The translations under genes and the position numbers were made by a program. A stretch of DNA of 63,827 nucleotides, filler included, from Reticulomyxa filosa (taxonomy: Eukaryota > Protista > Foraminifera): assembly GCA_000512085.1 (NCBI GenBank). It is 20 parts of 20 records of this genome, joined end to end, with 100 filler letters (N's around TTAATTAATTAA, not from the genome) between each part and the next. Parts side by side here need not be neighbours in the genome. Positions count along the whole stretch, not along the records: positions 61,465 to 62,608 come from ASPP01029046.1; positions 62,709 to 63,827 come from ASPP01000628.1; 18 more parts are not named here. One strand, 5' to 3'. Under the pieces are notes generated by a model. It made no database searches, was not told the DNA's origin, and was given only the letters and a program-made list of their open reading frames with translations. Shown piece after piece: positions 61,556-63,827 of the stretch (within the stretch, counting starts at the first letter, position 1; each line of letters starts with the position of its first letter).

Positions 61556-63120
61556 TGCAATACAAATACTCTGATCAAATTGTATCACAATTTGTCAACA
61601 TTTCTGATATTGTGAATTTTTCATGCTATCGCAATAAATAAAAAAAAGACTCACTTATTTTGATTTTGTTCAATATAAACATAAGAAAGCACTTTAATAC
61701 AATTTGTTCCATTGTTTTTTAAAAAGTTGTTTTAAAAAATTGTTCTTTATACAAAACCTTTTAAAAACAGCGTAAAAGGTGATCAGTTCCAAAAAAATTC
61801 GTACGAAAGATTTTTCTTTAATTGCAAAGACAAAGGAATATAGAACGATAATAAAGAATAGTTTCCTTGTTAGAACTTGTAAGACAACATTTTCTGGCTG
61901 GGACACATCGTTGACACGTCAAGATACAAACACGAATCATAATAACACAGAAACAAAAACTGATTTAAAAAATTCTGGGATTACCATCTGCACATGAACA
62001 TGTACCATGTTCGTTTGTAATCATGCACCGATAATGATTTTTTGCTAACTCAACAGTGTTAAATGCATTGTAAAATACTTTTCAAGCAAACAAATGTACC
62101 TCGACCACGAGTAAATTATTGCCTGTTAATTGTAACAAACCAAAAAAACAACTGATTGATCACGGCCACGAACAAAATGATACTTCAAATAAAAATGGAT
62201 TGTTGCTGATTAATCGCAACAAACCAAAAAAACGATTCCTGATTGATCACGGCCACAGGCAAAATGATAATTCGAGTACAAGTGCCTTGTCAGCGCATTT
62301 GCAAAATAATGTTGTATGTGCTCATAATAGTGTCCTTTTAATATATAATTGTGGCAAACAACCACATCATACTATATGCCGCAAGTGCAACACATCAATA
62401 ATACACGGTAAAATGACTAGTGCAAATGCACATGAAAAAATCGAATTCTGTAACAAAATAGACTATAAATACCAATATGGTGGGTATATGGATGTTGTAG
62501 TTAAATTAGATTGTTCAATCACAAAACTTGAATGCATAAACCAACTCCAAGCACTTAACCTTCATAAACAAGTGCGAGTGCATTCTAACTCCAAAATGAT
62601 AATTATGANNNNNNNNNNNNNNNNNNNNNNNNNNNNNNNNNNNNNNNNNNNNTTAATTAATTAANNNNNNNNNNNNNNNNNNNNNNNNNNNNNNNNNNNN
62701 NNNNNNNNCCAGTAAAGGAGTTACTATCTCAATTACCAGGAGTTTGCACCTCAGTACACTTAAGGCTTACACATCTCACGGTCACACAACACCCAAGATG
62801 CAGAACCGACGACAATAGCCCCCAAAAATGAATTGCAACAAAAACTTTGCCAAATGGTGAAAAGGTTAAAACCACACAATACTAACAATATCACAAAAAT
62901 CCAACTGCTATAAAAAAAATTTTTAATCCATATAAAAATTAATTTTACTAGTTAAAAAAAAAATTTTCGGACTTTGACTTGAGGATTCTTGTTGGTTGAA
63001 ACGACTTGACTTTTCCGACGGTTTTGAGATATATCGATATATCTACTTTTTCTATAATCTTGACGATTTTTCACTATGATCGTTAATTATGATAATATAG
63101 ATTTATTTTTATTTTTTTAC

Positions 63121-63659
63121 CCAAGCAAACACAAATGTGTATTATGCCGAAAGCAGCACCCAAGCGATTCATTGCAATGTGATGTGATTCGCAAAGCAAG
63201 AGAAAAGCTTATTATTAAATTGACAAGAAAAGAAGATGCATTCCTGAAGAAGAATGCATCTCAACCCATTCCAATTAAATCAAATTTGCAGCGACAACCA
63301 AAGAATTATTCTTATACTGATGCTGCCAAAGGACAACAAGTGTCAAATGGAAATGAAAGCAAGGATGACCAATAGAAAGAAGAATAATAAAGATCAAAGG
63401 CTGCAGAATAAGAAATCTGATGCTGATGAACTCTCATTGCTAAGACGTAAATTAGTAGATATTAAGTCAGCATTCCAGCAATTACAATCCTTATTGCAAT
63501 CAATTAACCCGACGTTGATAAGATGAGGATTGGAAATCGATCAAGAGATGAAATCGACATTGCGAATACCAATATGCAAGCAAATCAATGATTGGCAGTC
63601 TATTGGCATTCCAGAATAACATCAACGGATTTTATTCCAAGGCCCAAACATTAGAATAA
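63121..63659 (+). mobile_element. Non-LTR retrotransposon remnant (ORF1 zinc knuckle plus start of APE endonuclease)
   Basis: CVLCRKQHPSDSLQC knuckle, then SYTDAAKG, then MIGSLLAFQNNINGFYSK (63588-63659), which resembles the APE start motif QxNxNG. Confidence 0.55.
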
Positions 63660-63827
63660 AATTTGTATCATATTTTATTTTTTTTTTAGCAAGAATGAGA
63701 TCTTATCCAAGTTAAAATGAGCACCTCGTCACAAAAGGAATACAGTACTCTAATGAAGACAAACAAAAAAAAGGAAAAGAATAAAAAACTCACACAATCA
63801 ACACAATAAGTGAAAAAAAAATTTAAG

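Noticed and set aside
1738-62708. Regularly recurring TTAATTAATTAA palindrome as a biological repeat, and ORFs ending in XXX-LIN
   Set aside because: It is always embedded in identical N-runs, so it is an artificial linker; ORFs reading through the Ns are artefacts.

Overview
This window is not one locus. It is 20 unrelated short contigs joined by 19 artificial 100-bp linkers (N44-TTAATTAATTAA-N44, with stops in all six frames), so gene neighbourhoods only mean something inside a contig. Nineteen contigs are AT-rich, intron-containing eukaryotic DNA. Expanded WD40, Kelch-like, RING/TRAF and HEAT families, many pseudogenes and divergent tubulin suggest a foraminiferan such as Reticulomyxa (inference). 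Recognisable eukaryotic genes are ARPC1, a C2 protein with Cys-rich ends, an Ariadne RBR E3 ligase, a divergent alpha-tubulin, an HSPA12-like protein, an XK-like protein, an APC permease, a SAM protein, a HAD-like protein, a Rab GTPase, a calmodulin-like protein, a GT10 fucosyltransferase and ubiquitin. Pseudogene fragments of actin, Rab escort protein and UBC13 are also present. One contig (17753-19976) is GC-rich betaproteobacterial DNA with phoR-phoB, a Pho box and a BCCT transporter. The most striking object is a decayed Penelope-like retroelement (57340-59852, minus strand). Its upstream ORF joins three CCHC zinc knuckles, a frameshift-masked CX5R (PTP/DSP) phosphatase domain, a coiled coil and a CCCH finger ahead of a PLE-type reverse transcriptase. 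Other notable items are a ~48-aa charged insertion in the lumenal loop of alpha-tubulin and an 86-bp near-perfect inverted repeat with a related copy on another contig. All family assignments come from motif recognition by eye; no database searches were run.
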